From contig JAHFGW010000002.1 of assembly GCA_023247235.1 (NCBI GenBank), forward strand, positions 70,907-132,987: a DNA stretch of 62,081 bases, in the 5' to 3' direction. The stretch is from Candidatus Omnitrophota bacterium (GTDB lineage: Bacteria > Omnitrophota > Gorgyraeia > Aquiviventales > Aquiviventaceae). Under the pieces are notes generated by a model. It saw nothing but the letters and a program-made list of their open reading frames with translations, did no database searches and was not told the DNA's origin. Shown piece after piece: positions 42,740 through 53,020 of this stretch (positions within the stretch are counted from its first letter, which is position 1; every line of letters begins with the position of its first letter). The position numbers and the translations under genes are program-made.

Positions 42740-42757
42740 AACCCGGCAGGTTGGATC

Positions 42758-43726
42758 ATGAGGCAAACGTGCCTGAACATGGTGTATGAGCTGGCCAAAC
42801 GGGATCCGCGGGTCCTGTTCATCGGCTCGGACCTGGGCGTGGGCACGCTACAGCAATTCAAGGAGGAAATGCCCGAGCGGTTCTTCATGGAAGGGATCAG
42901 CGAAGCGAACCTCCTGGGGATGGCGGCTGGGCTTGCCCTGGAGGGCAAAATCCCCTACGTGAACACCATCGCGACGTTTTTCGCCCGGCGCGCCTTCGAG
43001 CAGATCGTCGTGGACCTCTGCCTGCACAAGGCGAACGTGCGGCTCATCGCCAACGGCGGGGGGCTGGTCTATGCCCCGCTGGGGCCGACGCACGAGATGA
43101 TTGAGGACCTGGCAATCCTGCGGGCGATTCCGAACATGACCGTCGTGTCGCCGGCGGATGCTCAGGAGATGCGGCGGCTGATGCTCCAAAGCGTGGACTA
43201 CCCGGGGCCGATGTACATCCGGCTCGCCAAGGGCAATGACCCGGTCGTCACGCGGGAGGAGCTGGGGTTTCGCATCGGCAAGGCGATTCCCATGCGACGG
43301 GGAACAGATGCCCTCATCGTGACGACCGGGATCACCCTGCGGCATGGGCTGGAAGCGGCTGATCGGCTGGCCCCGCAGGGGATCCAGGCCGGCGTCCTGC
43401 ATGTGCCCACAATCAAGCCGCTGGATCGCGACGCCATCCTGGATGCGCTCTCCGGCGCCAAGGCCGTGGTGACGGTGGAAGAGCATACGGTGGTCGGAGG
43501 GCTGGGCAGCGCGGTGGCGGAGTTGATCGCCGAGGCGGGGATGAGCCCGGCCCGTCGGCTGAAGCGAATCGGCATTCCGGATTGCTTCCCGGAGGAGTAC
43601 GGCTCACAGGCCAGCCTGATGGAACGATTCGGCATTACCACCGAGGCGCTGATCGCGGCCGTGGCGGAGCTGCTGGAGGGAACGCGCGCACGACCGGCGC
43701 AACGCATGGAGGCGCTCCGATCGTAA
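42758..43726 (+). CDS. Transketolase, C-terminal (pyrimidine-binding) subunit
   Basis: MRQTCLNMVYELAKRDPRVLFIGSDLG..; FMEGISEANLLGMAAGLA. Upstream in-frame sequence is repeat DNA. Confidence 0.9.
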   Translation: MRQTCLNMVYELAKRDPRVLFIGSDLGVGTLQQFKEEMPERFFMEGISEANLLGMAAGLALEGKIPYVNTIATFFARRAFEQIVVDLCLHKANVRLIANGGGLVYAPLGPTHEMIEDLAILRAIPNMTVVSPADAQEMRRLMLQSVDYPGPMYIRLAKGNDPVVTREELGFRIGKAIPMRRGTDALIVTTGITLRHGLEAADRLAPQGIQAGVLHVPTIKPLDRDAILDALSGAKAVVTVEEHTVVGGLGSAVAELIAEAGMSPARRLKRIGIPDCFPEEYGSQASLMERFGITTEALIAAVAELLEGTRARPAQRMEALRS

Positions 43727-44388
43727 TGGCGTACGTGGATTTCGTCATGAAGCTCCACAACACGACGAAGCGCGACTACCTGGAGCGGGTCGTCCAGCAT
43801 GACAAGCCCGCCTGCTCAGAGGTCGCCATTCAGTACGGGAAGGAGTATTGGGACGGAGATCGCAAGTATGGATACGGAGGCTTCCGCTATGACGGCCGAT
43901 CGCGGTCGGTCGCGGAGGATATCGTGCGCCATTACCAGTTGAAGCCCACCGATTCCATCCTCGACGTCGGCTGCGGGAAGGGATTCCTGCTGTACGAGTT
44001 CACGCAGGTGCTGCCGGGCGTGACCGTTGCCGGCCTCGATCTCTCGCCGTATGCGATCGAACACGCCAAGGAGGAGGTTAAGCCGTTCCTGCGCGTCGGC
44101 AATGCGGTCACGTTGCCGTGGCCGGACCAGCGCTTCGACTTTGTCGTGTCGCTCGGGACCTTGCACAACCTCTACAACTACGAGCTCAAGCAGGCGCTCC
44201 AAGAGATTGAGCGGGTCGGCAAGCGCAAGAAGCACGTGATGGTCGAAAGCTACCGGAACGAGCGGGAGAAGGCCAACCTGCTCTACTGGCAGCTCACCTG
44301 CCGGGCCTTCCACACGCCGAAGGAATGGGAGTGGCTGTTTGCCCAGAGCGGCTACACAGGCGACTACTCCTACATCGCGTTTGAATGA
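43726..44388 (+). CDS. Class I SAM-dependent methyltransferase
   Basis: TAATG overlap with the upstream stop. Motif I ILDVGCGKGFLL. Confidence 0.8.
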   Translation: MAYVDFVMKLHNTTKRDYLERVVQHDKPACSEVAIQYGKEYWDGDRKYGYGGFRYDGRSRSVAEDIVRHYQLKPTDSILDVGCGKGFLLYEFTQVLPGVTVAGLDLSPYAIEHAKEEVKPFLRVGNAVTLPWPDQRFDFVVSLGTLHNLYNYELKQALQEIERVGKRKKHVMVESYRNEREKANLLYWQLTCRAFHTPKEWEWLFAQSGYTGDYSYIAFE

Positions 44389-45680
44389 CGGTGCCTACGA
44401 GCGCATCACAGCCTGGCATGGACACGCTGAGCCGGCCGAGCCGCCCAAGGCGCGAGCCCTCGCTGAAGCTCTGCCTCCACCACGTCGGAGGACGGGACGG
44501 CAGCCGCGGGTTCCCCGGCATCGGCGCCTTCGAGCCGGACGTGGTCAATGTGCTCTACGATGCGGACGCCGACTGCCTCGGCCAGGTGCGCGGCGCCGAT
44601 CCGCAGAGCGGCGAGACGCACGTGCTGCCGTACTGCCTGGGGGAGGCGTGCCGGACGGCGACGTTCAAGATCAACCACGATCCCTTCACGAGCTCGCTGA
44701 AAGACGGCAATCCCCGCTACGGCGGCTACTGTTTTTTTAATGCGCGCCATGACTACCTCCTCTGTGAGGCGACCCGGACGGTGGAAACACGGGCGGTCGA
44801 GCTGGTCAGCCTGGACCATCTGATCCAGTCGGGCTTGCTGAGCGCACCGGCGCCGGACTTCCTCTCGCTGGATGTCGAGGGGGCGGAGTACGACATCCTC
44901 TCCGGGGCGAAGGAGACCTTGCGCGCGCACGTCCTGGCGCTGGTAGTTGAGGTCTCCTTTCACGAGCGCTATCGCGGGCAGAAGCTGTTCGGGGATGTCA
45001 CGGCGTTGCTGGCGGAGCAGGGATTCGACTTCGTGAAGTTCTCGCACCTCCATCCACCGTTCGCTCCGTCCCGGGCGCCGGTCGGCCTGCGGGGCGATGG
45101 GTTTGCGCTGTCCGCCGATGCCTTCTATGTCAGGCGGCTGGACCGCCTCGAGGTCGAGGGGCTTGGGGGCTACGTTATGGCGCGCAAACTCGCCTTCATG
45201 GCCGTGGTGTTTCATCAGTTTGAGTACGCGTGGCAGTGCCTGGCGCGGAGCCGTCAACTGCGGCCGCCAGAGGCGCTCCCGGCGCCGGAGCGGGCGCCTC
45301 GCTATTGGCATTTTCTCAAGGAGCTGGAGGCAGCGGTTGCGCGGATGCCCGCGCGGTTTCCCCGGACGTTCGCCGAACTGTACTCGCCTGAAGCCAGCCG
45401 CGCGCGGTTCAATCGCCCAGCGCCCCCGCGCCGCGGCGCACGCTCCGGCGGATGCTCGGCGCGGCTCAAGGCCATCGTGCGGCGCAGTCCCGGCGTGTTT
45501 TTGTGGCTTCGAACCATCAAGAGGTGGATGACGATGCAGCGCGACGCGCGAGTCACGCGATTTGACTGGTGGAAGGGCCCTACGAAGGTGGAAGCCGTGC
45601 TCATCCGGGCTGGGCTGACGCTCCAGGCGGAGACGCTGCGGGCGAACCGACTTCGTCACATGAGGCATTGCGCGCCATGA
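44385..45680 (+). CDS. FkbM-family methyltransferase
   Basis: PDFLSLDVEGAEYDILSGAKETL is the FkbM signature block. Start uncertain (44385 or 44418). Confidence 0.7.
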   Translation: MTVPTSASQPGMDTLSRPSRPRREPSLKLCLHHVGGRDGSRGFPGIGAFEPDVVNVLYDADADCLGQVRGADPQSGETHVLPYCLGEACRTATFKINHDPFTSSLKDGNPRYGGYCFFNARHDYLLCEATRTVETRAVELVSLDHLIQSGLLSAPAPDFLSLDVEGAEYDILSGAKETLRAHVLALVVEVSFHERYRGQKLFGDVTALLAEQGFDFVKFSHLHPPFAPSRAPVGLRGDGFALSADAFYVRRLDRLEVEGLGGYVMARKLAFMAVVFHQFEYAWQCLARSRQLRPPEALPAPERAPRYWHFLKELEAAVARMPARFPRTFAELYSPEASRARFNRPAPPRRGARSGGCSARLKAIVRRSPGVFLWLRTIKRWMTMQRDARVTRFDWWKGPTKVEAVLIRAGLTLQAETLRANRLRHMRHCAP

Positions 45681-46816
45681 CCGAGACCATGAAGGCGGCT
45701 ATTTTGGTGAAGCAGAACGCCCCCTTGGCGATCGCGGACGTCGAGATCCCTGAGCTGGCCGTCGGCCAGGTGCTCATCCGGGTGGCCTATACCGGCATCT
45801 GCGGGAAACAACTCGAGGAGCTCCGGGGGCGGCGCGGTCCGGATCCGTTCCTGCCGCACCTGCTCGGGCACGAAGGGGCCGGCACCGTCCGCGCCATCGG
45901 GCCGGGTGTCCGCAAGGTCAAGCCGGGCGACCATGTGGTCCTGCACTGGATGAAGGGCTCCGGAATCGACTCCGTCACGCCCCGGTTTCGGTGGAACGGC
46001 ATGCCGGTGAATGCCGGCTGGGTGACCACCTTCAGCGAGTCCACGATCGTGTCGGAAAACCGGCTGACACCCATCCCGCCCGATGTCCCCTTGGATGTGG
46101 CGTGCCTGCTCGGCTGTGCCGTGACCACCGGCATGGGGATCGTCCTGAACAATGCCGCGCTCAAGCCGGGCCAGTCGATCGCCGTCTTCGGCGTGGGCGG
46201 TGTGGGCCTGAATGTCGTGCAGGCCGCGAGCCTGGTCAGCGGGCATCCCATCGTGGCCGTGGATCGGTACGCGCAGAAGCTGCAGCAGGCGCAGGCCTTC
46301 GGGGCCACGCACACCGTGCTGGCCAACGGGGACGGGGTGCGCGCTCGGGCGCTGGAGGCGACCGGCGGCCAGCTCTTTGACGCCACGGTCGACACCACCG
46401 GTCTGGCGGCGGTCCGAACGCTGGCGTATGAGCTGACCAGCCATACCGGGATGACCGTGCTGGCCGGCGTGCCGGCCCAAGAGGATCGTCTCACCCTGGA
46501 TTCTTTTCCGCTGCATTTCGGCCGCCGGATTATCGGCTCGCATGGCGGCGACACGCGCCCGGATCTGGACATCCCGCGCGCCATCCGGCTCTACCGGAAC
46601 GGCCGGCTCAAGCTGGAGGAGCAGATTACCCATCGCTTCACGCTGGATCACATCAACGAGGCGATGGAGCTCGTCGAGCGCGGCGAGGCGGCGCGGTGCG
46701 TCATTGCGATGGCACGCGACGTGACGGCCGATCAAGCGGGCGTGGCGGAGTCCGTCGACGCTGGCTCGGGATCCGACCGCGGGCGAACACCCGTCGGACT
46801 GGCTGGAGCGCGCTGA
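45677..46816 (+). CDS. Zinc-binding medium-chain alcohol/polyol dehydrogenase
   Basis: ATGA overlap with the upstream stop. GICGKQLEE..GHEGAG (catalytic Zn site) and the GVGGVGL Rossmann fold. Confidence 0.8.
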   Translation: MTETMKAAILVKQNAPLAIADVEIPELAVGQVLIRVAYTGICGKQLEELRGRRGPDPFLPHLLGHEGAGTVRAIGPGVRKVKPGDHVVLHWMKGSGIDSVTPRFRWNGMPVNAGWVTTFSESTIVSENRLTPIPPDVPLDVACLLGCAVTTGMGIVLNNAALKPGQSIAVFGVGGVGLNVVQAASLVSGHPIVAVDRYAQKLQQAQAFGATHTVLANGDGVRARALEATGGQLFDATVDTTGLAAVRTLAYELTSHTGMTVLAGVPAQEDRLTLDSFPLHFGRRIIGSHGGDTRPDLDIPRAIRLYRNGRLKLEEQITHRFTLDHINEAMELVERGEAARCVIAMARDVTADQAGVAESVDAGSGSDRGRTPVGLAGAR

Positions 46817-46838
46817 GGGCGTCACGCGAAGCGACCAG

Positions 46839-47375
46839 ATGAAAGACGTGCGGCAAGTCAGCGAGGAGGTCCTGGTCACGACGCAGGACCTGACCACGGT
46901 GAGCCGTCAGGACATTGAGCGCTTGAAGGACTGGTCCCGACGCACCCGCCGCGGACGGATCCGCCTCTGCGCCCACCGAGACCTGGACGCCTCGGTGCAT
47001 GAGATGCTGATCGTCCACCCGAAGGGCGCCTACGTGAGGCCGCACAAGCACGCAGGAAAAGAAGAATCGCTGCACCTGATTGAGGGGGCGATCACCGTCG
47101 TGATCTTCGCAGACGACCAGTCGGTGCGGACGGTCATCCCGATGGGCGAGTACGGCACCGGCCGCGCCTTCTACTACCGGCTGGCGGCGGATATCTACCA
47201 CACGCTCCTGATCGAATCGGAGCACGTGGTGTTCCATGAGGCCACGAGCGGTCCCTTCAGGAAGGCGGACATGGTGATCGCGCCCTGGGCGCCGGCCGAA
47301 GAAGATCAGCCGGCGGTCGAACGGTTTCTCCAGATGCTGAGCGGGCAGGTCGAGGCGCTGCAGGTGCACGCATGA
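46839..47375 (+). CDS. WbuC-family cupin-fold protein
   Basis: GRIRLCAHRD..VHEMLIVHPKGAYVRPHKH..ESLHLIEG matches the WbuC cupin pattern seen in O-antigen loci. Confidence 0.65.
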   Translation: MKDVRQVSEEVLVTTQDLTTVSRQDIERLKDWSRRTRRGRIRLCAHRDLDASVHEMLIVHPKGAYVRPHKHAGKEESLHLIEGAITVVIFADDQSVRTVIPMGEYGTGRAFYYRLAADIYHTLLIESEHVVFHEATSGPFRKADMVIAPWAPAEEDQPAVERFLQMLSGQVEALQVHA

Positions 47376-49681
47376 GCGACACGCTGCGCGCGCTGTACGA
47401 CGAGGTCCTCGCCCACTACCGTAGTTGTCCGCCGCGGGATGTGCCGCTGTCGGATACCTGGGTGCAGACCCTGCGGCACCGCGGGCATCTCTATGAGTTC
47501 GACGACATGATGCGCATGCTCTCGCCGGGCAACACAGTGAACTTCTGGATCGATGACCTCCAGTATCTCATTGACCAGACGGCACTCGACCAGAGCGACC
47601 CGGTGGTCCGCCGGCTCCTGGAACTTGGGGAGAGCGAGTTCGGCGCGCCGCGCAAGGACCTCGTCATCGAGGGCCGCAGCATGGCCAGCAATTTTCTGCA
47701 TTACGTCGGCTATGCCGCGCGCATCATCCACGCGATCGAGGCGCGAGGTCTGCGCGAGCCCTCGATCCTGGAGATCGGCGGAGGGTTGGGTGGGCTAGCC
47801 TCGATTCTGCGTCGCTACTACGGCGAGCGGCTGACGCTCTATCTCGCTGATATTCCCGAGACCCTCTTGATTCAGGAATGGTACCTGCGGGCGTGCTTCC
47901 CCGAGGCGGCCTGGACCTACAAAGCCAGCGAAGCTCCTGCGGCGTTTCGCCGCGGCGGCATCAACTTCATCAATGCCTACGTCCTGGACAGCCAGGATCT
48001 TGCGCTGGACGCCGCCATCAACACGGATTCGATGCAGGAGATGACCCGCGAGACCGCCGAGGCCTACCTGCGCTACCTGGAGCGGAACATCGCCCCGGGC
48101 GGCTTCTTCTACTTTCAGAACCATTACGGTCACAGCACGTCCTCGGTGCCGGAGCCCTCCGAGTACCGCCTGGATGCGAACTGGACGATCGAGGCGGCTG
48201 AGCTGGCTTCGCAGATGGACTGCTGCGCGGAGTCGGAGCAGGCCCGGTTTATCTTCGCCCGGGCGCCACAGCCCGAGTCGGTTGAGACGCGAACGCTCAT
48301 CCTGCGGCTGCTCTGGAATGGGCTGGTGACGGGGCGGATCGCCAACTCCCCGGCGCTGGTGCGTGAGCTGGCGGGCGTGCCGCGCCGCTGCGCGGCCTCG
48401 GAGGCGGTGCCCCAGATCGAACAGATTCTGCGGCGCCACGGGGTTGCGATCGGGCAGGACCTCCTCGCGCCGCTGGTGCAGGCGCGCTACTTTCCCCCCG
48501 CGTCGTTCGTCTCGCTGTATGGCGTGGCGCCGGTTCCGACGCGCCAGGCGAAAGATTTGAAGCAGCGGCACGCCGAAGCGGTGTGGGCGACGCAGTCTGC
48601 GGTGCTCCAGCTCATGGAGGCGGCCGCCGACGCCCCGGCCGCGTGGCCGGCGGAGGCTCTTCGCGCGCGGTTGAAGCAGACCTGTGGCGAACAGCTGTTG
48701 CCGCTAGGCGACACCGCCCGATCGGAGTACTGGTCCGCGTACGTGGCGTGCCTGCTGCTGGTTCTGGGCCACCGCAAGCCGGCGATCGCGCTCTTGGCGG
48801 AGTGCGCGCGCGGGTCATCGAATCCGTTCTGGCTGACGCGTTTCGCGTATCTGCTAATGCGGTTCGGGCAGTGCGCACAGGCGCACGACATGCTGCAGCG
48901 ATCGGCGCGCGCGCCGCGCCTTGACTACTATGTCGCGCTCAAGTGCGCGGAGCTTGAGCAGGCGGCGGGAGACGCCGAGTCGGCTCGTCGGCGCCTGGAG
49001 CTGCTGGCCCGTGAGAACGGATGGGACTCGCCGCGGCTGGCGACGCTGGCGCGCACCGCCGCGCGGGTCGGCGCGGCGGATGTCCTGCAGACGACGTGCC
49101 GGGCCGTGTGGGATCAGCTCCCCAGCTCCCGCGTCTCCGTGCTGCTTGGCGTCCTCAGGGCCTCGACCTCGGAGGCGCCGGCCCGCGCGATTGTCAGGGA
49201 CCTGGTGGGGCGGCTCGGCTCGGATCCCGGCACGAGCGATCCGGTCGCCTCAGGCGCGCTGCTGGTTGAGCTGGGCGAGCGGGAGGAGGGGTTACAGCAA
49301 CTCATGGGCGCGGTGCAAGGCTGCGCCGGCGACTACTACAAGCTGGGGTTGGCAGGGAAGTTCCTTCAAGAGGCGGGCGCAGATCAGTTGGCCGACGCGT
49401 GCCTGGAACGGTCGCTGGCGCTGCGGCCCGATTCGTTTCTGCACCACGATTTCGTCGGCAACATCTATCTCGGCGCGCGGCGTTATGCGCAGGCGCTGGC
49501 TCAGTATGAGCGAAGCATCGCCCTGAACCCCTATCTGCGCCATATCCAAGCGAAACGCCTCTTCTGCCGCCTCCCCGAGACCGTGCGCGCGGCCGAGGTG
49601 TTCGGGGCGCCGTCGGATCTGGCCCTGGTCTTTCAGCGCAAGCAGGACTTCTATCATGACCTGGGACTCTCGAACAAGTAG
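47372..49681 (+). CDS. Methyltransferase-like N-domain fused to a TPR-repeat C-domain
   Basis: SILEIGGGLGGLA (SAM motif I) and DSMQEM..GGFFYFQNH. C-terminal TPR-like repeats (..YAQALAQYERSIALNPY). Confidence 0.6.
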   Translation: MSDTLRALYDEVLAHYRSCPPRDVPLSDTWVQTLRHRGHLYEFDDMMRMLSPGNTVNFWIDDLQYLIDQTALDQSDPVVRRLLELGESEFGAPRKDLVIEGRSMASNFLHYVGYAARIIHAIEARGLREPSILEIGGGLGGLASILRRYYGERLTLYLADIPETLLIQEWYLRACFPEAAWTYKASEAPAAFRRGGINFINAYVLDSQDLALDAAINTDSMQEMTRETAEAYLRYLERNIAPGGFFYFQNHYGHSTSSVPEPSEYRLDANWTIEAAELASQMDCCAESEQARFIFARAPQPESVETRTLILRLLWNGLVTGRIANSPALVRELAGVPRRCAASEAVPQIEQILRRHGVAIGQDLLAPLVQARYFPPASFVSLYGVAPVPTRQAKDLKQRHAEAVWATQSAVLQLMEAAADAPAAWPAEALRARLKQTCGEQLLPLGDTARSEYWSAYVACLLLVLGHRKPAIALLAECARGSSNPFWLTRFAYLLMRFGQCAQAHDMLQRSARAPRLDYYVALKCAELEQAAGDAESARRRLELLARENGWDSPRLATLARTAARVGAADVLQTTCRAVWDQLPSSRVSVLLGVLRASTSEAPARAIVRDLVGRLGSDPGTSDPVASGALLVELGEREEGLQQLMGAVQGCAGDYYKLGLAGKFLQEAGADQLADACLERSLALRPDSFLHHDFVGNIYLGARRYAQALAQYERSIALNPYLRHIQAKRLFCRLPETVRAAEVFGAPSDLALVFQRKQDFYHDLGLSNK

Positions 49682-50957
49682 TCCGCCGCAGCCCGCGGCT
49701 GCCGGGTGCTCACGGCGCCGGACCTGCCGGCTATGCGGCGGGACGGACCACGACCTGGTGTTGCCGCTGGCGCCGGCCCCGATCGTGGACGCGTACATCC
49801 CGGCCGATCGGCTGGAGGAACCGCAGCCGAGCTACCCGCTGGACCTGTTCTTATGCCGCGGGTGCGGCCACGCCCAGCTGCTGGACGTGGTGGATCCGAA
49901 GCTGCTGTACGTGGAGTACCTCTATGTCACGACGAGCTCGCTCGGGCTGCCCGAGCACTTCGCGCGCTATGCCGAGGATGTGATGCGCCGCATCAAGCCG
50001 TCACCCGGGGCGCTCGTGGTGGATATCGGCAGCAACGACGGCACGCTGCTGAAGGCCTTCACATCGCACGGCCTGCGCGTGTTGGGCATCGACCCAGCGC
50101 GCGAGATCGCGCGCGCCGCGACGGCCGCGGGACTGGAGACGCTGCCGATCTTCTTCACCGCCGAGGAAGGCCGCCGCCTGCGACAGGAGCGTGGGCCGGC
50201 CGCCGTGGTGACGGTGAACAACCTCTTCGCCAACGTGGATGACCTTGAGGACATGACCGCCGGGATCCGGGAATGGCTGGCGCCGGATGGCGTGTTGGTG
50301 TTTGAGAGTTTCTACCTCGCCGATCTGATCCAGAACATGGTCTTTGACTTCATCTACCACGAGCACCTGTCCGCCTTTTCCGTCACGCCGCTGGAGGCGT
50401 TCTTCCGGCGGATGGGGCTTGAGTTGATCGACGTGCAGCGCGTGCCGACCAAGGGCGGCTCGCTGCGCTACACGGTGCAGCGCGCCGGCGGCCCGCGACC
50501 GGTCGCGTCGTCGGTCGGTGAGCTCAAGGCCCACGAGGCGCGGATTGGGCTGCACCGGCGCGACATCTTCGAGGCCTTCGTCGCACGGATCGACGCTATC
50601 GAAGCGCAGCTCATGGAAGCGCTCCGGGTGCTCAAGGCCCAAGGCAAGCGGCTGGCCGGCTATGGGGCGTCGGCCACCAGCACGGTGCTGCTGTACCACT
50701 TCGGCCTACGCGAGGTGCTGGACTTCATTGCGGATGACAACCCGGATCGGCAGGGCCGCTTCAGCCCCGGCTGCCATCTGCCGGTGGTGGCCCCCGCGGC
50801 GCTCTACGAGCGCCGGCCGGATGCCGTGGTAATCCTGGCGTGGCGCTATGTGGAACCGATCCTGGGGAAGCATCAGGCGTTCCTGGATCAGGGAGGCGAG
50901 TTCATCGTGCCCTTGCCGCGCGTGCATCGGATCTCTCAACAGCGGGTGAGCCTGTGA
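49656..50957 (+). CDS. NDP-sugar C-methyltransferase (TylCIII/TcaB9-like)
   Basis: N-terminal zinc ribbon CRLCGG..CRGCGHAQL, a SAM MT core (VVDIGSNDGTLL) and a C-methyltransferase C-terminal domain. Confidence 0.8.
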   Translation: MTWDSRTSSPPQPAAAGCSRRRTCRLCGGTDHDLVLPLAPAPIVDAYIPADRLEEPQPSYPLDLFLCRGCGHAQLLDVVDPKLLYVEYLYVTTSSLGLPEHFARYAEDVMRRIKPSPGALVVDIGSNDGTLLKAFTSHGLRVLGIDPAREIARAATAAGLETLPIFFTAEEGRRLRQERGPAAVVTVNNLFANVDDLEDMTAGIREWLAPDGVLVFESFYLADLIQNMVFDFIYHEHLSAFSVTPLEAFFRRMGLELIDVQRVPTKGGSLRYTVQRAGGPRPVASSVGELKAHEARIGLHRRDIFEAFVARIDAIEAQLMEALRVLKAQGKRLAGYGASATSTVLLYHFGLREVLDFIADDNPDRQGRFSPGCHLPVVAPAALYERRPDAVVILAWRYVEPILGKHQAFLDQGGEFIVPLPRVHRISQQRVSL

Positions 50958-53020
50958 CGGCGCGCCGGAAGATCTTCTTCGCGGATCTCACGCACACGGC
51001 GCAAGGCATCGGCGCGCCGACGTTTCCCTTGGGCGTCAGCTTCGTCGCCGCCTACGCCATGCAGGAGCTGGGCGCCCGCGACTTCGACGTGCAGCTCTTC
51101 AAATTCCCCGCGGACCTGGAAGCCGCGCTGCGCACCGGGCGTCCCGATGTGCTGTGCCTTTCCAACTACAGTTGGAACTTCGAGCTGGCCTACACACTGG
51201 CCAGCCTGGCGAAAGCCCACCGCCCGGAGCTGAACGTGGTCGTGGGCGGGCCCAACTTCCCGATCGACGATGAAGAGAAGATCGAGTTTCTCCAGCACCG
51301 CCCGGCGATCGATTTCTACATCGAGCTGGAAGGGGAGATCGGCTTCGTCGAGCTCATCAAACGGCTCGATGCGCACGGCTTCGACGCGGTGCGCCTCAAG
51401 GCACAGGCCGAGCGCATTCAGAACTGCAGCTACCTGGTCGAGGGACGCCTGGTGACCGGCGTCATTGAGCGGATCAAGGACATTAATGTCATTCCCTCTC
51501 CGTACCTGACCGGGCTGCTCGACCCCTTCTTCGAGCTGCCGCTGGTGCCGATGGTGGAGACGACGCGAGGTTGCCCCTTCACCTGCGCCTTCTGCGCCGA
51601 TGGCATCGCCATCAAAAGCAAGGTCAAGCGCTACGACACCGAGCGCACGCGAGAGGAGCTGCAGTACATCGCCAAACACGTGACGAAGACCGATGAGATT
51701 ATCGTCACCGATCTGAACTTCGGCATGTATGCCGAAGACAAAGTGACCTGCGAGTATATCGCCCAGCTCCAGCAGCAGTACCACTGGCCCGTGCTGGTCA
51801 AGGCCTCCGCAGGCAAGAACATGACCGAGCGCATCATCGAGGCGGCCACCATCCTCAAGGGCAGTTGGATGCTTGGCGCGGCGATTCAGTCCTCCGACCC
51901 CGAGGTGCTAAAGGCGATCAAGCGCAGCAACATCTCCAGCGAGTCCTTCGAAAAATTCATCGAGTTCGGCAACCACGTAAGCCAAGATGCCCTGACGTAC
52001 ACCGAGATCATCCTGGGGATGCCGGCCGACACCAAAGAGAAGCACTTCGCCTCGCTGCGCTTCGGCATCGACAACCGGGTCAACAGCCTCCGGATGTACC
52101 AGGCGATGCTGCTCGTGGGCACGGAGATGGCCTCACGCCATACCCGGCGGGAGTACGGCTTAATGACGAAGTTCCGGACCGTGCCGGGCTGCGTCGGCAA
52201 CTACGAGTTCTTCGGGGGCGTCCACCCGGTGGCGGAGATCGAGGAGATCATCGTCGGCAACAACACGATGCCGTTTGAGGATTATATCGAATGCCGCGTG
52301 GTGAACCTGCTCGTCGAGACCTGCTACAACAACGCGTTGTTCGAGGAAGTGTTCAACATGCTGCGGGCGATGCGCGTGCCGGTCTTTGACGCCCTCCTCT
52401 ACATGAAGGACCATCCGGAGCTGCACACGCCGCGCATCCGGCAGATTCTCGACGAGTTTATCTTTCAGACCAGCAAGGACCTCTACGGCACGCGCGACGA
52501 GGCGGAACGGCTCGTGCTGACCCCCGAGATGATCAACCGGTATGTGGGGGGCGAGCTGGGGATCAATGAGCTCCTGGTCCACAAGGCGCTCCTGTATATG
52601 GAGTTGGAGGACCTCTCGATGCTGCTCTTCGCGGCCGTCAGGACGTGCCTCCGCGAGCGGAGCCTGCTGACGCCGGCGGTGGAGGAGTACCTGGAGCAGG
52701 TGCGCCGGTTCATCCTGCATCGCAAGCGGGCGATCGACCAGACCGACCAGGTGCTCGTTGACCAGTACACCTATGACTTTGGGGCCATTGGCAAGCTGCA
52801 CTACGAGGTCGATCCGAACCTGCTCGCGACGCGGAGCCCGGTCGAATACACGTTTGCGCATGACGACCATCAGCGGCAGCACATCGCCAAGCAGATGGCG
52901 GTCTACACGTCGACTCCCGTCGGCCTGGGCCGCCTGATTCAGCGCAGCAACCTCAAGATGATGTATCGAAAGTTCGCCTGCGCGGCGCTGCCCAGCGCGG
53001 TGGAGGCCGGGGCCACATGA
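50954..53020 (+). CDS. B12-binding-domain radical SAM enzyme (class B rSAM methyltransferase-like)
   Basis: GTGA overlap with the upstream stop. N-terminal cobalamin-binding-like Rossmann fold (LCLSNYSWN..VVVGGPNFP). ETTRGCPFTCAFC is the CxxxCxxC motif. Confidence 0.8.
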   Translation: MTARRKIFFADLTHTAQGIGAPTFPLGVSFVAAYAMQELGARDFDVQLFKFPADLEAALRTGRPDVLCLSNYSWNFELAYTLASLAKAHRPELNVVVGGPNFPIDDEEKIEFLQHRPAIDFYIELEGEIGFVELIKRLDAHGFDAVRLKAQAERIQNCSYLVEGRLVTGVIERIKDINVIPSPYLTGLLDPFFELPLVPMVETTRGCPFTCAFCADGIAIKSKVKRYDTERTREELQYIAKHVTKTDEIIVTDLNFGMYAEDKVTCEYIAQLQQQYHWPVLVKASAGKNMTERIIEAATILKGSWMLGAAIQSSDPEVLKAIKRSNISSESFEKFIEFGNHVSQDALTYTEIILGMPADTKEKHFASLRFGIDNRVNSLRMYQAMLLVGTEMASRHTRREYGLMTKFRTVPGCVGNYEFFGGVHPVAEIEEIIVGNNTMPFEDYIECRVVNLLVETCYNNALFEEVFNMLRAMRVPVFDALLYMKDHPELHTPRIRQILDEFIFQTSKDLYGTRDEAERLVLTPEMINRYVGGELGINELLVHKALLYMELEDLSMLLFAAVRTCLRERSLLTPAVEEYLEQVRRFILHRKRAIDQTDQVLVDQYTYDFGAIGKLHYEVDPNLLATRSPVEYTFAHDDHQRQHIAKQMAVYTSTPVGLGRLIQRSNLKMMYRKFACAALPSAVEAGAT

